This document shows, in pieces, positions 11,714-24,000 of a stretch of DNA of 64,000 nt. The notes beneath the pieces are model-generated. The model searched no databases, was not told the origin of the DNA, and was given only the letters and a program-made list of their open reading frames with translations. Source of the stretch: Eledone cirrhosa (taxonomy: Eukaryota); contig OZ024742.1 in NCBI GenBank assembly GCA_964016885.1, forward strand, positions 275,714,001-275,778,000, written 5' to 3'. The position numbers and the translations under genes were made by a program. How positions within the stretch are numbered: position 1 is the first letter of the stretch; each line of letters begins with the position of its first letter.

Positions 11714-13159
11714 TCAAAGTTTTCCAACAATGTGCATGTGCTTGTGTCTAGTTAAGGCTCTACTTTCAGAGAATGATTTACCACAGATATCACAATGATA
11801 TGGCTTTTCGCCTGTATGAATACGTTTATGTATAATTAAGGTACTATTTCGAGAATATGATTTACCACAGATATCACAGGGATATGGCTTCTCTCCTGTA
11901 TGAATATATTTGTGGGTTGTTAAATCACCACTCTGAGAAAACGATTTACCGCATATGTCACAGTGAAATGGCTTCTCTCCTGTATGAGTACGTATATGAT
12001 TTGTTAAGGGAGATTTATCAGAGAATGATTTACCACAAATAACACAATGATATGGCTTCTCACCTGTGTGAATGCGTTTATGTCTAGTTAAGACATTTAT
12101 ATGAGAAAATGACTTACCGCAGATATCACAAAGATACAATTTATCTCTTGTATGAACACGTTTGTGTTTAGTTAAGTCACCATTTCGAGAGAATGATTTC
12201 CCACAGATATCACAGTGATATGGTTTTTCTCCTGTATGAGTACATTTGTGTTTAGTTAAAGTACTATTTTGAGTGAATGATCTCCCACAGAAATCACAAT
12301 GATAATTTTTCAAGCCTGTATGAATATTTTTGTGAGCTATCAATGTAGCTATTTCAGAGAATGATTTACCACAGATGTCACAGTGATACTTTTTTAAGCC
12401 TGTATGAATACTTCTGTGAGCTATCAACGTAGCTGTTTCAGAGAATGATTTACCACAGATGTCACAACAATATGGTTTTATGCCTGTATGAATCCATTTG
12501 TGATTAGTTAAGTTACCACCTTCAGAGAATGATTTACCACAGATATCACAGTGATATGGCTTTTCCCCTGTATGGATATGCCTGTGTCTAGTGAGGCTAC
12601 TTCTTCCTGAGAATAACTTACCACAGATATCACAATGATATGGCTTTACTCCTGTATGAGTATGTCTGTGCATACCCAACACACAACTTCTAGAGTAAGA
12701 TTTACCACAGATATCACAGTGATATGGCTTCTCTCCTGTATGGCTACATTTGTGTATAGTTAAAATACTTCCTGAAGAGTAGAACTTACCACAGATATCA
12801 CAGTGATATGGCCTCTCACCTGTATGAGTACGTATGTGTATAGTTAGGCTTCCATTTGCAGAAAATGTTTTACCACAGATGTTACAGTGATATGGCTTCT
12901 TTCTTTTATGAGCAAATTTGTGTTTAATTAAACGAGCATCTTCAGAGAATGATTTACCACAGATATTACAATGGTAAGACTTTTCTCCTCTATTACTATG
13001 TTTATGAGAATTCAGTTTATATTTTTTGGATAATGATTTAGCTGTGATATCACAATGGTATGATGTTTTTACTATCTCGTTCAGTACCTCACTAGGAGAA
13101 TCATTTCTTTCAGGCTCCAATTTAATCTTAACCTGTTTCTCCCATAATTCATTTTCCAT
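11714..13159 (-). CDS. Tandem C2H2 zinc-finger protein, 481 aa, with 15 intact fingers and 1 degenerate finger
   Basis: Uninterrupted ORF of 28-aa CxxC-x12-HxxxH repeats with TGEKP linkers; 33-aa non-finger leader; splice acceptor TTTCAG 84 nt upstream of the ATG. Confidence 0.95.
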   Translation of the reverse strand: MENELWEKQVKIKLEPERNDSPSEVLNEIVKTSYHCDITAKSLSKKYKLNSHKHSNRGEKSYHCNICGKSFSEDARLIKHKFAHKRKKPYHCNICGKTFSANGSLTIHIRTHTGERPYHCDICGKFYSSGSILTIHKCSHTGEKPYHCDICGKSYSRSCVLGMHRHTHTGVKPYHCDICGKLFSGRSSLTRHRHIHTGEKPYHCDICGKSFSEGGNLTNHKWIHTGIKPYCCDICGKSFSETATLIAHRSIHTGLKKYHCDICGKSFSEIATLIAHKNIHTGLKNYHCDFCGRSFTQNSTLTKHKCTHTGEKPYHCDICGKSFSRNGDLTKHKRVHTRDKLYLCDICGKSFSHINVLTRHKRIHTGEKPYHCVICGKSFSDKSPLTNHIRTHTGEKPFHCDICGKSFSQSGDLTTHKYIHTGEKPYPCDICGKSYSRNSTLIIHKRIHTGEKPYHCDICGKSFSESRALTRHKHMHIVGKL

Positions 13160-13177
13160 AATATATTTTTTTAATAT

Positions 13178-13243
13178 CTATTCTGTAGATGTTAAATATG
13201 GATGATGCATCTGATCTAAAGAATTCTTTAATGCCAATGTCAT
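13178..13243 (-). other. 21-codon upstream ORF (MTLALKNSLDQMHHPYLTSTE*) beginning at the first base of the ZNF exon
   Basis: ATG directly follows the acceptor TTTATTATTTCAG; same frame as the ZNF; TAG stop six codons before the ZNF ATG; conserved at 57070-57135. Confidence 0.55.
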
Positions 13244-13270
13244 CTGAAATAATAAAGAAATTCTATAAGA
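13244..13270 (-). promoter_or_regulatory. 3' splice acceptor of the ZNF coding exon
   Basis: Minus strand TCTTATAGAATTTCTTTATTATTTCAG|ATG; identical in unit B at 57136-57162. Confidence 0.7.
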
Positions 13271-13779
13271 TATATACGATATTTGAAATGTAGAGATTCA
13301 ACAATGGAAAGTTTACTACATTTCTATATCAATAAACTAAAGATAAAAACATTTATCTGAAGAAGTGAAGATTACCATTATTGAAAGAAGCAGCATTGCT
13401 GAAGCTTCAAACACTTTTCTTTAGGAAATAAAACATTCCTTTTTCTCTGTTAATGAGATACCAACTTGAAGGAACTTTTATTTCATTATAACACCCCACT
13501 ATTTACCTTTTTCCATGTTTGTGAGGTGAACTGCTTAATAAGACAGTCATACTTGCCCCTATATATCATTCATGATGAGAATAAATAATGATACTTTACC
13601 AGACTTCATCTTCTTTCACATCAAACTTACCCAAAATTTCTTTGCCTTAATAATACTAAAACTGTCTAAAAATATTTTGGTTCCATAATACCAACCCACA
13701 CAAAATAACCTATTCATATTTAAATGAGAACATCAATGTGAATCTCATTAGTACATCTGTGAAAACATGCAATCTTCCT

Positions 13780-14800
13780 AGAGAAACACTTCTCAGAATT
13801 GTTTATCCCAAAACTTTTGGATATTTTTCTTCCACATTGAAATTTGAAAATTTTCAGTTTCTGTTTACATTTTTAAAAATTAATATCAGCCTGACATTCA
13901 TGAAAAGTGATACAAAATTTGACAGTTTTATGAAAGAAGCTGAAAAAAACAAGTGAAGACTGTAAGCAAAATCACATGGGAAATTTGTAATCAGATATCT
14001 GATTACAAAAATGATAGTGACTCCAATTATGATAACAGCAGTGATTCAGAAGGAAAGTAATATTTACTAAGAGAAAATTTGGAAGAGAACACTCTTCAAG
14101 ATTTTTCTGAAGTGTCAGGACTTCACCACAATCTTTCAAATGATAGGATGGCATGGTTTAAATAAGTCAGATAAATTTCAAACAATATATGTCAAACAAG
14201 CCCATTAAGTGGGAGTTCAAAGTCTAAAAAATTTGTGAATCATGTACTGCAGATTTGTTTGTTTATACAGGAATGAGAAACAGTGTTCCAAGTTAGTATG
14301 GCCTAGGGTTTAATGTAGTCTGGAAATTATCACTTCCATACCATAACCAAGACTGGATATTATATTTTGACAGTTCAATAGAACTTGTGAAGGACTTAGA
14401 AGTTGTAATGACAAATTCATGTACCACAGTGACAACAAATAGAAAAAGGACTACCATTGAATATAAAAAGCAAAAAAAAAAGAACAGGATATTAACCAAT
14501 GTGAGAAAGGACATTTACAAGAAACTGCATAAAAGACAAGAGGTAAATAAATGTTCTATCTTGTGCTTAAACCACATGTGGATGTAAATGGTAAACCAAG
14601 ATTGTAACAGTTTTATGGGAGATGTAAATCTGATGAATCAGATAATGAATTATTACTTGGATCGGTAGACTAGGAATTAAGTGGTGGCAATACCTAGTTT
14701 GGCATATAGTAAATATAAGTATTGTAAATGTTTTTTGTTTTTTTTACTATACAGCAAATTGCAAGATACTCAAAAGCATTGCAATTGTTCCTAGTAGATA
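13780..14800 (+). mobile_element. Decayed piggyBac-like transposase relic in the ZNF intron
   Basis: 14173-14225 translates NFKQYMSNKPIKWEFKV (cf. FKQYMPNKPIKWGFK); IKWWQYL...NISIVN relic near 14675-14730. Confidence 0.7.
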
Positions 14801-15029
14801 TAGTATTGTGGTTCAGGGTAGGGTATTTTTGAAAGAATCATCTGTTGGGGGAAAGCAAAAGCCAGTATACAAATGAATGTTTACTCAATAATGTTTCATA
14901 TAGGACCTCATGATGAATGTAATAACATACATGTAGAGTACAACCTGAAATAGCTCATGGGTGACCCCATTCCGCTCTTCAAAACTCAAAGAAGGGAACA
15001 TGATTGAAACAAGGAGGTTCAGTCCATCT

Positions 15030-16980
15030 ATGATGACCAAAAGTCTGATGTTCTTTGTGGAGACTAGTATCTGAGGCTAGTACATGGAGACAATGACAGG
15101 GAGATTGAAAGAAGTGGTAGAGGTAATGGAGAGAAGAATGATGGACCTATATTGAGTGCAGGAGATAAGATGAAAGGAAAGTGATATTAGAATAGTGAGA
15201 AGACACCAACGAAATACAAGTTTGTGTACCAAAAGGTTGTCTGGAAGATGTGCATGGTGTTGGTGAGTATCATGATTTCCACAAAGTGTAAGACAGTGTA
15301 GTGAGTATGGCTAGAGTAAGTGAACAGTTGATGGTGGTTAAACTGGTGATTGGAAAGTTCTTGGTGAACATCATATTAAGATATGCCCCACAGGCTGGTG
15401 AGAATGTTGAAGAAAAAGGGAAGTTTTGGTGTGCAATAGAGAAGATGATTGAAGATATGAAAGACAAGGAAGTTATTGTGATAGGGAGGAATTTGAATTA
15501 ACATGTGGGAAGGAGTATGGGTGGCTGTGAGTGAGTCCATGGAGATTACAAGTATGGCGTGAAGAATGAAGAAGGAGAAAGGATTTATGAGTTTGCTGAT
15601 AGAGCTGAGATGTCAATCTGTAATAACCAATTCCAGAAAAAAAGAAACACTTCATGTACACATCAGGTGGATCATTATAAACTGTGAACTACCTGATGGT
15701 ATATGAGTGAAATAGGAAGAACCTTCATGATACAAAGGTAATCCCAGGTGAGGAAGTTGGTACACAGAACCATCTAGTTGTCTGTGATCTAAGGATGGAA
15801 GGTGGGAGGAGAGCTTAACAGAGGAAATATCAACAAAGGCTGAATGTGTGGCGGTTAAAAGAAGCCACAATGAAGAAGGGTCTAAAAGAGAAACTGANNN
15901 NNNNNNNNNNNNNNNNNNNNNNNNNNNNNNNNNNNNNNNNNNNNNNNNNNNNNNNNNNNNNNNNNNNNNNNNNNNNNNNNNNNNNNNNNNNNNNNNNNNN
16001 NNNNNNNNNNNNNNNNNNNNNNNNNNNNNNNNNNNNNNNNNNNNNNNNNNNNNNNNNNNNNNNNNNNNNNNNNNNNNNNNNNNNNNNNNNNNNNNNNGAG
16101 TGGAGGAATGGTTGGTTAGAATAGTGATGGCAATGTATGAGAAAGCATATATAGTTGAAAGGATGAAAGATGAGAACAGTTTGAAGTGAGGTTGGTGTGC
16201 ATCAGAGATCTGTATTAAGCCCACTATTATTTGTAGTTGGGATGGAAGTACTGGCTTGAAGTGGAAAGAAAGGTTTAGTATGGGAGTTACTACACACAGA
16301 TGATCTGGTGTTAATAGCAGAAGGTATGATGTTAAGCTGGACCTTTGGAATGGTGTGGTAATGTTTTGTTGGAGATGTTGAACAGAGAATATGGCTCAGA
16401 TTCTGCAAGAGTATCTAGAGTGCGAATGAGCGGAAGATAGTTCTAGAAACTAGATTAAGTATTGTGGTTAATGAGAGAGGAGAGTGTCACTGAAACTGAA
16501 GGGAAAGGTGTAATGTGTATGTGAGAAGTGCCATGGTATATATAGCAGTGACTCATGAATGATCAAGATGCGAAAGAGAACAGAAATGAGGATTTTTTTA
16601 CAGAGATAGAGGCAGACAAACAATGAATTGCAGAGGATTATGAGAATAAAACCAGTGATAAATGTTATAAAGAGAAATGGAAGGAGATGTTTGGGTCATG
16701 TATTAAGCATTGTTGAGAGAGAATGGGTCAGAGGATAATGGAAGTAAAGCCAGAGAAGAATGTTGTGAAGAGAAATGGAAGATGAAGAAAGAAAGAGCTA
16801 TTGCTAAAGATAATACTAGTGAAGAGAGAAGGATGAGACCAAGAAAGACATAGCTAGAAAAAAAGGACATTGTGATGAGGAGCAGGATGGACTTGTCAGA
16901 CAATTAAGAGGGTATATGGAGGTGTGTCATGGGCTCCACAAAGCTAATTCCTGCTTTAGCAGGGAAGATGACCTGCAAAG
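15030..16980 (+). mobile_element. Decayed RTE LINE (EN to 3' end) interrupted by an assembly gap
   Basis: RVSEQLMVVKL, YAPQAG, VEEWLVRIVMAMY, HQRSVLSPLLF and WELLHTDDLVLIAE; an inverted paralog lies at 58240-58860. Confidence 0.8.
15898..16097. other. Assembly gap (200 N)
   Basis: Run of exactly 200 Ns. Confidence 1.
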
Positions 16981-17974
16981 TAAGTAGTAACATTATGATT
17001 AAGGAATCATTATTGTGTATATTTATGTATGTGTAAATCTATTTCATTTTGTAGTTTATTATGTGTCTGTCAATTTATTTCATTTTGTAAGTATTCTTCA
17101 AACATAATCTTGACAAAGGGCAATAACCCAGAAACAATATTGTCGATTGTTTCTCTCTGTCACTGCTGGCCTATGAACAAGAAGAGGGTGTGGTCATCTA
17201 ATAAACATAGTATATTGAGGCTGTTTGCTTGCAAACAAATCGATTATTATCATTATTCAATATAACGAACCTTTATAATGCACCTGTTTTATATACACTT
17301 AAGTTCAATTGAAAATTCAATGTGTACGATTCTTTAATATTATAATGCTGTTATACACTCAGTTGGATATTGGCTAATCATTCATTTTATAAGGTGATGT
17401 TCCAACAAAATTTAAATAATTTTACAAAATTGACTTGTAATTTACCTGTAATTAGAGCAGTTGTATAACAAATTTATTAAAATACTATTTTGTTAATTTA
17501 GATAAAACCTGTCAAAATTCTTGCTTATTTCAGAATTTAACTGGAATACATACATGGTGTATTTTAGTTAGAAATATAGTAAGAAAAAGGTTAACAAAGC
17601 TATTTCTACAAAAGATCCCCTCATCTTCCACCCTATGTGCACCTAGTACACTCTGTAAAGTGGTAGTACTGTTCCATGGAAAAACTGATGTAAAATAAAC
17701 ATCAAACAATGATGATCATCCTCATTTAATATGTTTTCACTGTTAGCAAGGGTTGGCTGATTTGTCACCAGTCATGACTACTAATCGGTGCAACTGACCT
17801 TTCAGATAGATGTTGGGGCTAAGGGGGTTTCACTTACATACTATTCCCACAAATATAGTGATGTACATGGTGCATATCATAGAAGTCAGAGGACGGACTG
17901 AGGATGTGATGTGAGGGTTTTTGGGGCAGAATCTTAATTTTATATTTTAAAATATATAATTAAATCCTTTTGCT

Positions 17975-19320
17975 AATTAAACACTTGGGAGTATTGCCAA
18001 GAAATATATTGTTGTTTTGTTGACCTTGAGAAGGCATATGACCGCGCTCCTCAGGACCTGCTGTAGAAAGTTTGCTTGCAGGAGTATGGGATTGATGGTC
18101 AGCTTTTTGCTGCCCTGATGTCTTTATACGAATGGCCAAGTAATTGTGTTTGGATTAAATAGTGCTCTAATATTGAAACCAATTTCAATTATGGGAGTCG
18201 GACTCTGCCAAGTGTGCATACTTTCACCTCTCCTGTTCATTAGTTACATGAACAGGATTGACATGTACAGCCAGGTTGGAAGTGGTATCATGACTGGCAG
18301 GTGTAAAATCAGTCAGCTGGAATTTGCAGACCACATGGTGTTACTTAACTCAACAGAAGGTGATCTTCGACTTGTACTTGATTGGTTTGATGCCAAGTGC
18401 TACATGGCTGCAATGAAAATTAGTGCTGCAAAAACTGAGACACTCATCCTCTCAAGGAAGCCTGCGCAGTGCACTCTACATGTAAATGAAATTCCACTGA
18501 AGCAGATAGAGAAGTTTAAGTATCTCGGGGCTGTATTCAGAAGCTGATTGGAAGGCAGGAGGCTTAATTAAGTGCAAGAATTGCAGAGAGTCTTGTGCAT
18601 TACTTCCAACTTCGGCACTCAGTATAATCAGAAAGATAGAGGAGGTAGGCATAAAAGGCAAACTCATTATCTTCAATTCACTATTAATGCCAACCTTTAC
18701 CTATAGTCATGAATAATGGGTAATGACTGAAAGAATGCAATCACAAACACAAGCAATTGAAATGGGATTCCTCTGAAGGGTCCTTGGAGTAATATTATGT
18801 CAGATTTATTTTTAGGTTGGAAACTGAAATTGCTTCTATTTTATTCAATTCAATTTAGAAAGGATATCTGTCAGATGACAGGTGCTTAAGCATAGATCTG
18901 GTATCTTTAAAATGTAAATACTGAAAATTCTTTGAACATAATTTTGTATGAGTATAGATGGGAATAGATTCTGTAATTGTAACTTTACCTATGACCATGA
19001 GTCTTGGGTAATGACTGAAAGAATACGATTGCGAATACAAGCGGCTGAAATGAGTCTTTGAGGTAACGTTACTTGATAGAGTGCGTAGCTCGGAGATCAG
19101 AGAGTCATTCCAGGTAGAGTTGCTACTTCTCCCATACTATGGGCATGTGGTTATAATGTCTCAGGAAAGAACCGGCAGGAGATCCAGGGGTAGACTCTGA
19201 GTGTGGCTGGTCTCGCTTGGAGAACCAGCCGGATCAGTTGCTGCTGACAGGACTGTGTTTGAGGACTCTGTCGCAACGACTCTCTTCGGAATAAATAGGA
19301 GGAAGTAGTAAGGGGGAGGG
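17975..19320 (+). mobile_element. Decayed Expander/Rex3-like RTE 3' half
   Basis: FVDLEKAYDR, ILSPLLFISYMNRI, FADHMVLL, EKFKYLG, TYSHE*WVMTER and RVRSSEIRES; paralog at 59590-60830. Confidence 0.8.
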
Positions 19321-19759
19321 GTCTCAACATACATGAAATAACAGCGAAATTTCCCTCACATCTCACTCCAGACCTTCGTTCTGCTATTTCCCTACTAACT
19401 TACAAGTGAGCTTTTGCATAAATAACAGCCAAATCTCTGTGACATCACACTCCAGCCCTTTCGCTATTTCCCACTAACTAACAATAGAGCTTCTACGAGA
19501 TATCCCGACACACAAGATATAACAGCCAAAATATGAAATAGTTGCTGCTGAAGAAAAGGAGTTTAAAAATTAACATTTTTCTCTTAAAATTGTAAATCGT
19601 AAATAGTTCAAAATCGATAGTTCTTCAAAACTATGGTAATTTTTTACACTTACACCCATCTAACGTTGGAGCGAAAATATGTTTTTATATTTTGTTTTGT
19701 TTCAGTTAATATTATAGTTATTTTCGTGAGATACTTATTCCAAAACACCACCTATTTTT

Positions 19760-20043
19760 TTTTCTTTCATTCACTTCATCATTTGCTAGCAAGTGTTGGA
19801 CGGGTAATTAGAATAATTTATTCAAAACATCCGGTACATCGGATCGATTGATTTTACTTTCACTTTAATGCAGTGATGGTTTATAGGGAATTTGCCGTCA
19901 ATAATACACCCAAGAAAAGACGATTGAATAAAGAAAGCAACTAAGATGAATAAATACCTCGTATATATCAGAGCTATTGTTGGGAAATCAGAAATGGTGG
20001 TTGAACATGGTGTATTCTCTCTTGTACACTCTTTCATTCTTCG

Positions 20044-20077
<34 letters not shown>

Positions 20078-20245
20078 TAGTAGATAAATATGACTACGTT
20101 ACAGTAAAATTATGTTTCATGCTTAACAGAATCCATCTACTGATCGATGTGATTCATTTGAAAATAACACTAAAGAGTTCGTTAGCAACAACAAAAACGC
20201 AGAATTAAATCAATATCCGGTTGATCATGCGCATTAGTAAAATAT
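19760..20245 (-). promoter_or_regulatory. Candidate promoter and first non-coding exon of ZNF-A
   Basis: Non-TE block, relatively CpG-rich and strongly conserved with 61120-61590; NRF1/Ewg-like CATGCGCAT at 20226-20234; candidate donor GAG|GTATTT at 19957. Confidence 0.5.
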
Positions 20246-20295
20246 AAGACATGAGTAGTTGAACGAGTGTATGTGTGTGAAGACTTTCATTATAC

Positions 20296-20775
20296 ATTTC
20301 TTCTTCTCTTGGACTTGAGAGGGCTGTTGGGGTAGAGTCTTCAAACACTCCTTCCAGAAGCAAACATCTCCAACTGATCTGGCTGGATCCCCACGTGAGA
20401 ACAGCGAAGCCAATTGATGTTATACAACCATTTTGCACAGAGTCTACACCTGTGTCTCTTGCCGGTTGGTTATGTCCGCAAAATTTGTCCAGTGATTCTT
20501 TCCTGAGTCATTCTAACCACATGCCCATAGTATCGGAGCTGTGATCTCGCAATTCAGAAAGTGACTCTCTTATCTCCAAGCTATACACTTTATCAAGTAA
20601 TGTCTCTCCAAAGACAGTTCGGAGGAATCGCATTGAAGCCGCTTGTATTCTTTCAGTCATTACCCAAGATTCAGCTGACTGATTTTACACCCGCCAATCA
20701 TTATATCACTTCCCACCCGGCTGCCCATGTCAATCCTGTTTATGTAAATAACGAACAGGAGAGGTGACAGTATCC
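20296..20775 (-). mobile_element. Expander/Rex3-like RTE, 3' portion with internal deletions
   Basis: Reverse-complement homology to 18225-18320 and 18990-19160; (GAA)n tail at 20297-20307. Confidence 0.75.
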
Positions 20776-20799
20776 ATCCTTGGTTGAGCTTTTAGCAAA

Positions 20800-21030
20800 A
20801 AAATAATATGCCATGTTGGCATAATATTTTTACGAAAGTTTATTATACCGTGTTGGCATAATAAGAATAAGAGAAATTATTGTTATTTGTTGATAGCACA
20901 CGAGGAGTTGTCCAGCTAATTGTTATAGCGAGAAATGTAACGGTATATTATGTGAGAGAGGCAATGTTGGTTAAGAAGTGTATGTTTGTTGAAGTAAATG
21001 TATGTTTGGGCACTACAACGCTATTAGCTG
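20800..21030 (-). repeat. Inverted relative of the unclassified 5.7-7.1 kb element
   Basis: Reverse complement of the motifs TTATGCCAACA, ACAACTCCTCGTG and CTCTCACACATAATATAC.GTTACATTTC. Confidence 0.7.
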
Positions 21031-21062
21031 TCAGTCGAAAGCAGCCGATGGAAGCAAAACAT

Positions 21063-24000
21063 CGTATCTTCTGTATTACAGTGTAGCGCCAAAGATCTCG
21101 GTCCAGTGACATTGTCTTAGAGAGGTGTATGTGTGTGAGGTCGGAATTTATCAAGTCGTCCCAGGTTTTTCTGGGTCTGCCTACTCCGTGGCTACCGTCT
21201 ATTTTTATCGCCCTGCACTTTTTTATACAGCTGTCGTCTTTGATGCGCATCACGTGACCGTACCAACGTAGTCTTCTCTCGAGTAAACAACATCTGATCC
21301 CTCTTATTTCTAATTTTTCCCTTAGTTCGTTTATGCTTTGCCGTTCACGTATATTACTATTACACATCCAGTGGAGCATGCAAGCTTCGTTCCTCTCCAG
21401 TCTGCATATATCCTCTGCACCCGATGCCCAGGTCTCACTGCCATGTAACATTGCTGTTCGTATGCAAGCATCATACAGCCTGCCTTTCATTTTTAGAGAG
21501 AACCCTTTAGCGGCTAATAGTGGTATAAGCTCTCTGAACTTTTTCCATCCAGTTCTGACTCTAGCTACTGTACTTTCAGAGCACCCTCCACCACTGCTGA
21601 TTTTGTCACCCAAGTAACGGAAGGTGTCCACTATTCCTATAGAACCATCTGTGCAATGGAATGAGCTAGTATTCTGTGGGCGCTTGCTGCTACTTATTGC
21701 ACCAGAGCACCGGCCACATATAAAATCTATATTCTTAGTTAGCTTACCTGTGATCCCACTACATCTTTTATACACCCATACATTGCATTTGGGACATAAA
21801 TGGAGTTTCTGCCTACTCCTTTCCTACACACTGAGCATGGCCATTTCCCGGATGGGTCCGGTGCCCTATTTTCCTTCCTACAAACTAGAACTTTAGTCTT
21901 AGACAGGTTAATTTTAAGGCCTTTTGATTCTAGGCCATGCTTCCATGTTTGGAATTTCTTCTCTAGTTCAGCCATTGATTCAGCTATGACCGTTAGATCA
22001 TCTGCGTATAGGAGTTCCCATGGGCAGCCGGTCTTGAACTCCACTGTTATAGCCTGAAGGGCAATAATAAATAGTAGGGGTTAAGAACGGAGCCCTGATG
22101 AACACCAACTTTTACGCTAAACTCTTCACTATATTCATTGTTAATTCTAACCTTGCTGACTGTTTCTTTATACATAGCTTGTATAGCTCTCACAAGCCAT
22201 TCATCAACACCTAGTTTTTTAAGAGCCCACCAGATAATGGAACGGGGACTCTGTCAAAGGCTTTCTCCAAGTCGACAAAAGCTAAGTATAGGGGTTTACT
22301 TTTAGCTAGGTACTTCTCCTGTAGTTGTACAATGAAAAGAGCGTCTGTGGTACTTTTACCTGACACAAACCCGAACTGCATTTCATCTAGATCAATTCGC
22401 TCTCTGATTAGTTGCGCTATTACTTTTTCTGTGACCTTCATGACCTGGTCGATTAATTTAATGCCTCTATAGTTACCCATATCTAGGGCATCTCCTTTAC
22501 CCTTGTAGCAGTTAATGATGATGCTGCTACGCCAGTCCTTCGGAACAACCCCATTCTGTATGACTTGGTTTACTATCCGGGTGACCATAGTGTGTCCCAC
22601 CGTTCCAGATGCTTTCAGCATTTCAGCAACTATTTCCGAAGGCCCAGCCGCCTTTCCTGTCTTCATATCTTTGATTGCCTTACTTATTATACTACCTCCA
22701 ACTAGCACTGCTGGTCCCTCTATTGGATCGATGTGGGGGAGACTGTCTTTCTCCCATTTATTCTCCTCATTTAGTAGTCTTTCGTAGTGACACTTCCAGG
22801 CTACCTTCTTATCAGCGTTAGTGATGGCAAGAACACCATCATCATTAAGGACACACTTCTCCCCGACAATATCACGGTTTTCCTTGACACATTGCCTAGC
22901 AATCCTGAACACCTCACGTTTTTGGTCCTCGCGTTGTAGAACATACTTGAACTTTCTTTCCTCTGCTTCCCTTCTTGCGAAGTACACTTGTCTCCTAGCT
23001 TCCCTCCTGGCCACTTGATAGTCTTTTCTACTTCCCCCATCCCGCCATACTTTCCAATCCTGCTTTTTGGCCTTAATTGACTCCTCCACCTTTTACTGTT
23101 CCACCACCGCGTTACTCTCCTCCTGCCTATAGGCCTGCTCCAGCCGCAGACTTCATCTGTCGCCATCAGCAGGTTTGCTTTCAGGAATTCCCACTGTTCC
23201 TCTATATTGTACGACTCTAATTGCTCTTCCTTACTGTCGAAAGCATCAAGTAATATGCTTTTAAATTTATTACTGGCTGTGGGGTCCTTTAGCTTCCATA
23301 TTTTTCTCCTGAGGATAGTCCTCTTCTGTTGTCGAGAACGTCTCGTCCTGACTATGAGGTCGCTAATTATGAGTCTATGTTGGGAGGTGCATTCTTCATG
23401 GGGGAGGGATTTAGTGTTTACAACAGACACTCTGTCACGTCTTCTGGTAAGGATATAATCTACCTGGCTGGTATATTCCCCTGATCTGTAGGTGATCAAG
23501 TGATTGTTTCGTTTTTTGAAGTTAGTGTTACAAATAGTTAGGTTATTTGCGTCACAGAATTCCAGGATTCTGGAGCCTTCCTCATTTCTAGTACCAAACC
23601 CATAGCCTCCATGGATTCCGTCATAGCCGTCACAATGTTGTCCAACGTGACCATATAGTCACTGTCGGTTATTTGGGAGGTAGTGAGCATCAGTGTCTCA
23701 TAGAATCTGTCTTTTATAGCGCCAGGCAGTCCGGATTGGGGTGCGTACGCAGATATTACTGTCACAGTAGTTCTATTTAGAACAAGTCTTATTTTAATTA
23801 TTCTGTCGTTCACTCTATTTACATCTATTATCTTATCCACCCATTTTTCTGCTAACATGATTCCTAACCCACCCAGCCCATTGTCATTTCCCACCCAGAA
23901 AAGCTTATAGCATCGTTTTTTACCCACAATGAATCAAGCAGACCCTCCCCTCCACCTGGTCTCTTGGATACAGCAAACATCAACCTCCTTACGTTCAAGC

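Larger units (their letters stand above)
1..20295. repeat. Segmental duplication unit A (hAT relic, RTE relics, ZNF gene, intron, promoter); 5' part lies outside the window
   Basis: Collinear, highly similar blocks with 49370-61650. Examples: 2640-3670 vs 51930-52960, 4135-4640 vs 52965-53465, 17541-17970 vs 58865-59590 and 19790-20240 vs 61145-61585. Confidence 0.92.

Noticed and set aside
11857-12042. Antisense ORF conserved in both ZNF genes (also 55692-55877)
   Set aside because: It is a by-product of the conserved finger codons on the opposite strand.
15652-16224. ORFs spanning 15.7-16.2 kb
   Set aside because: They are open only because of the 200-N gap.
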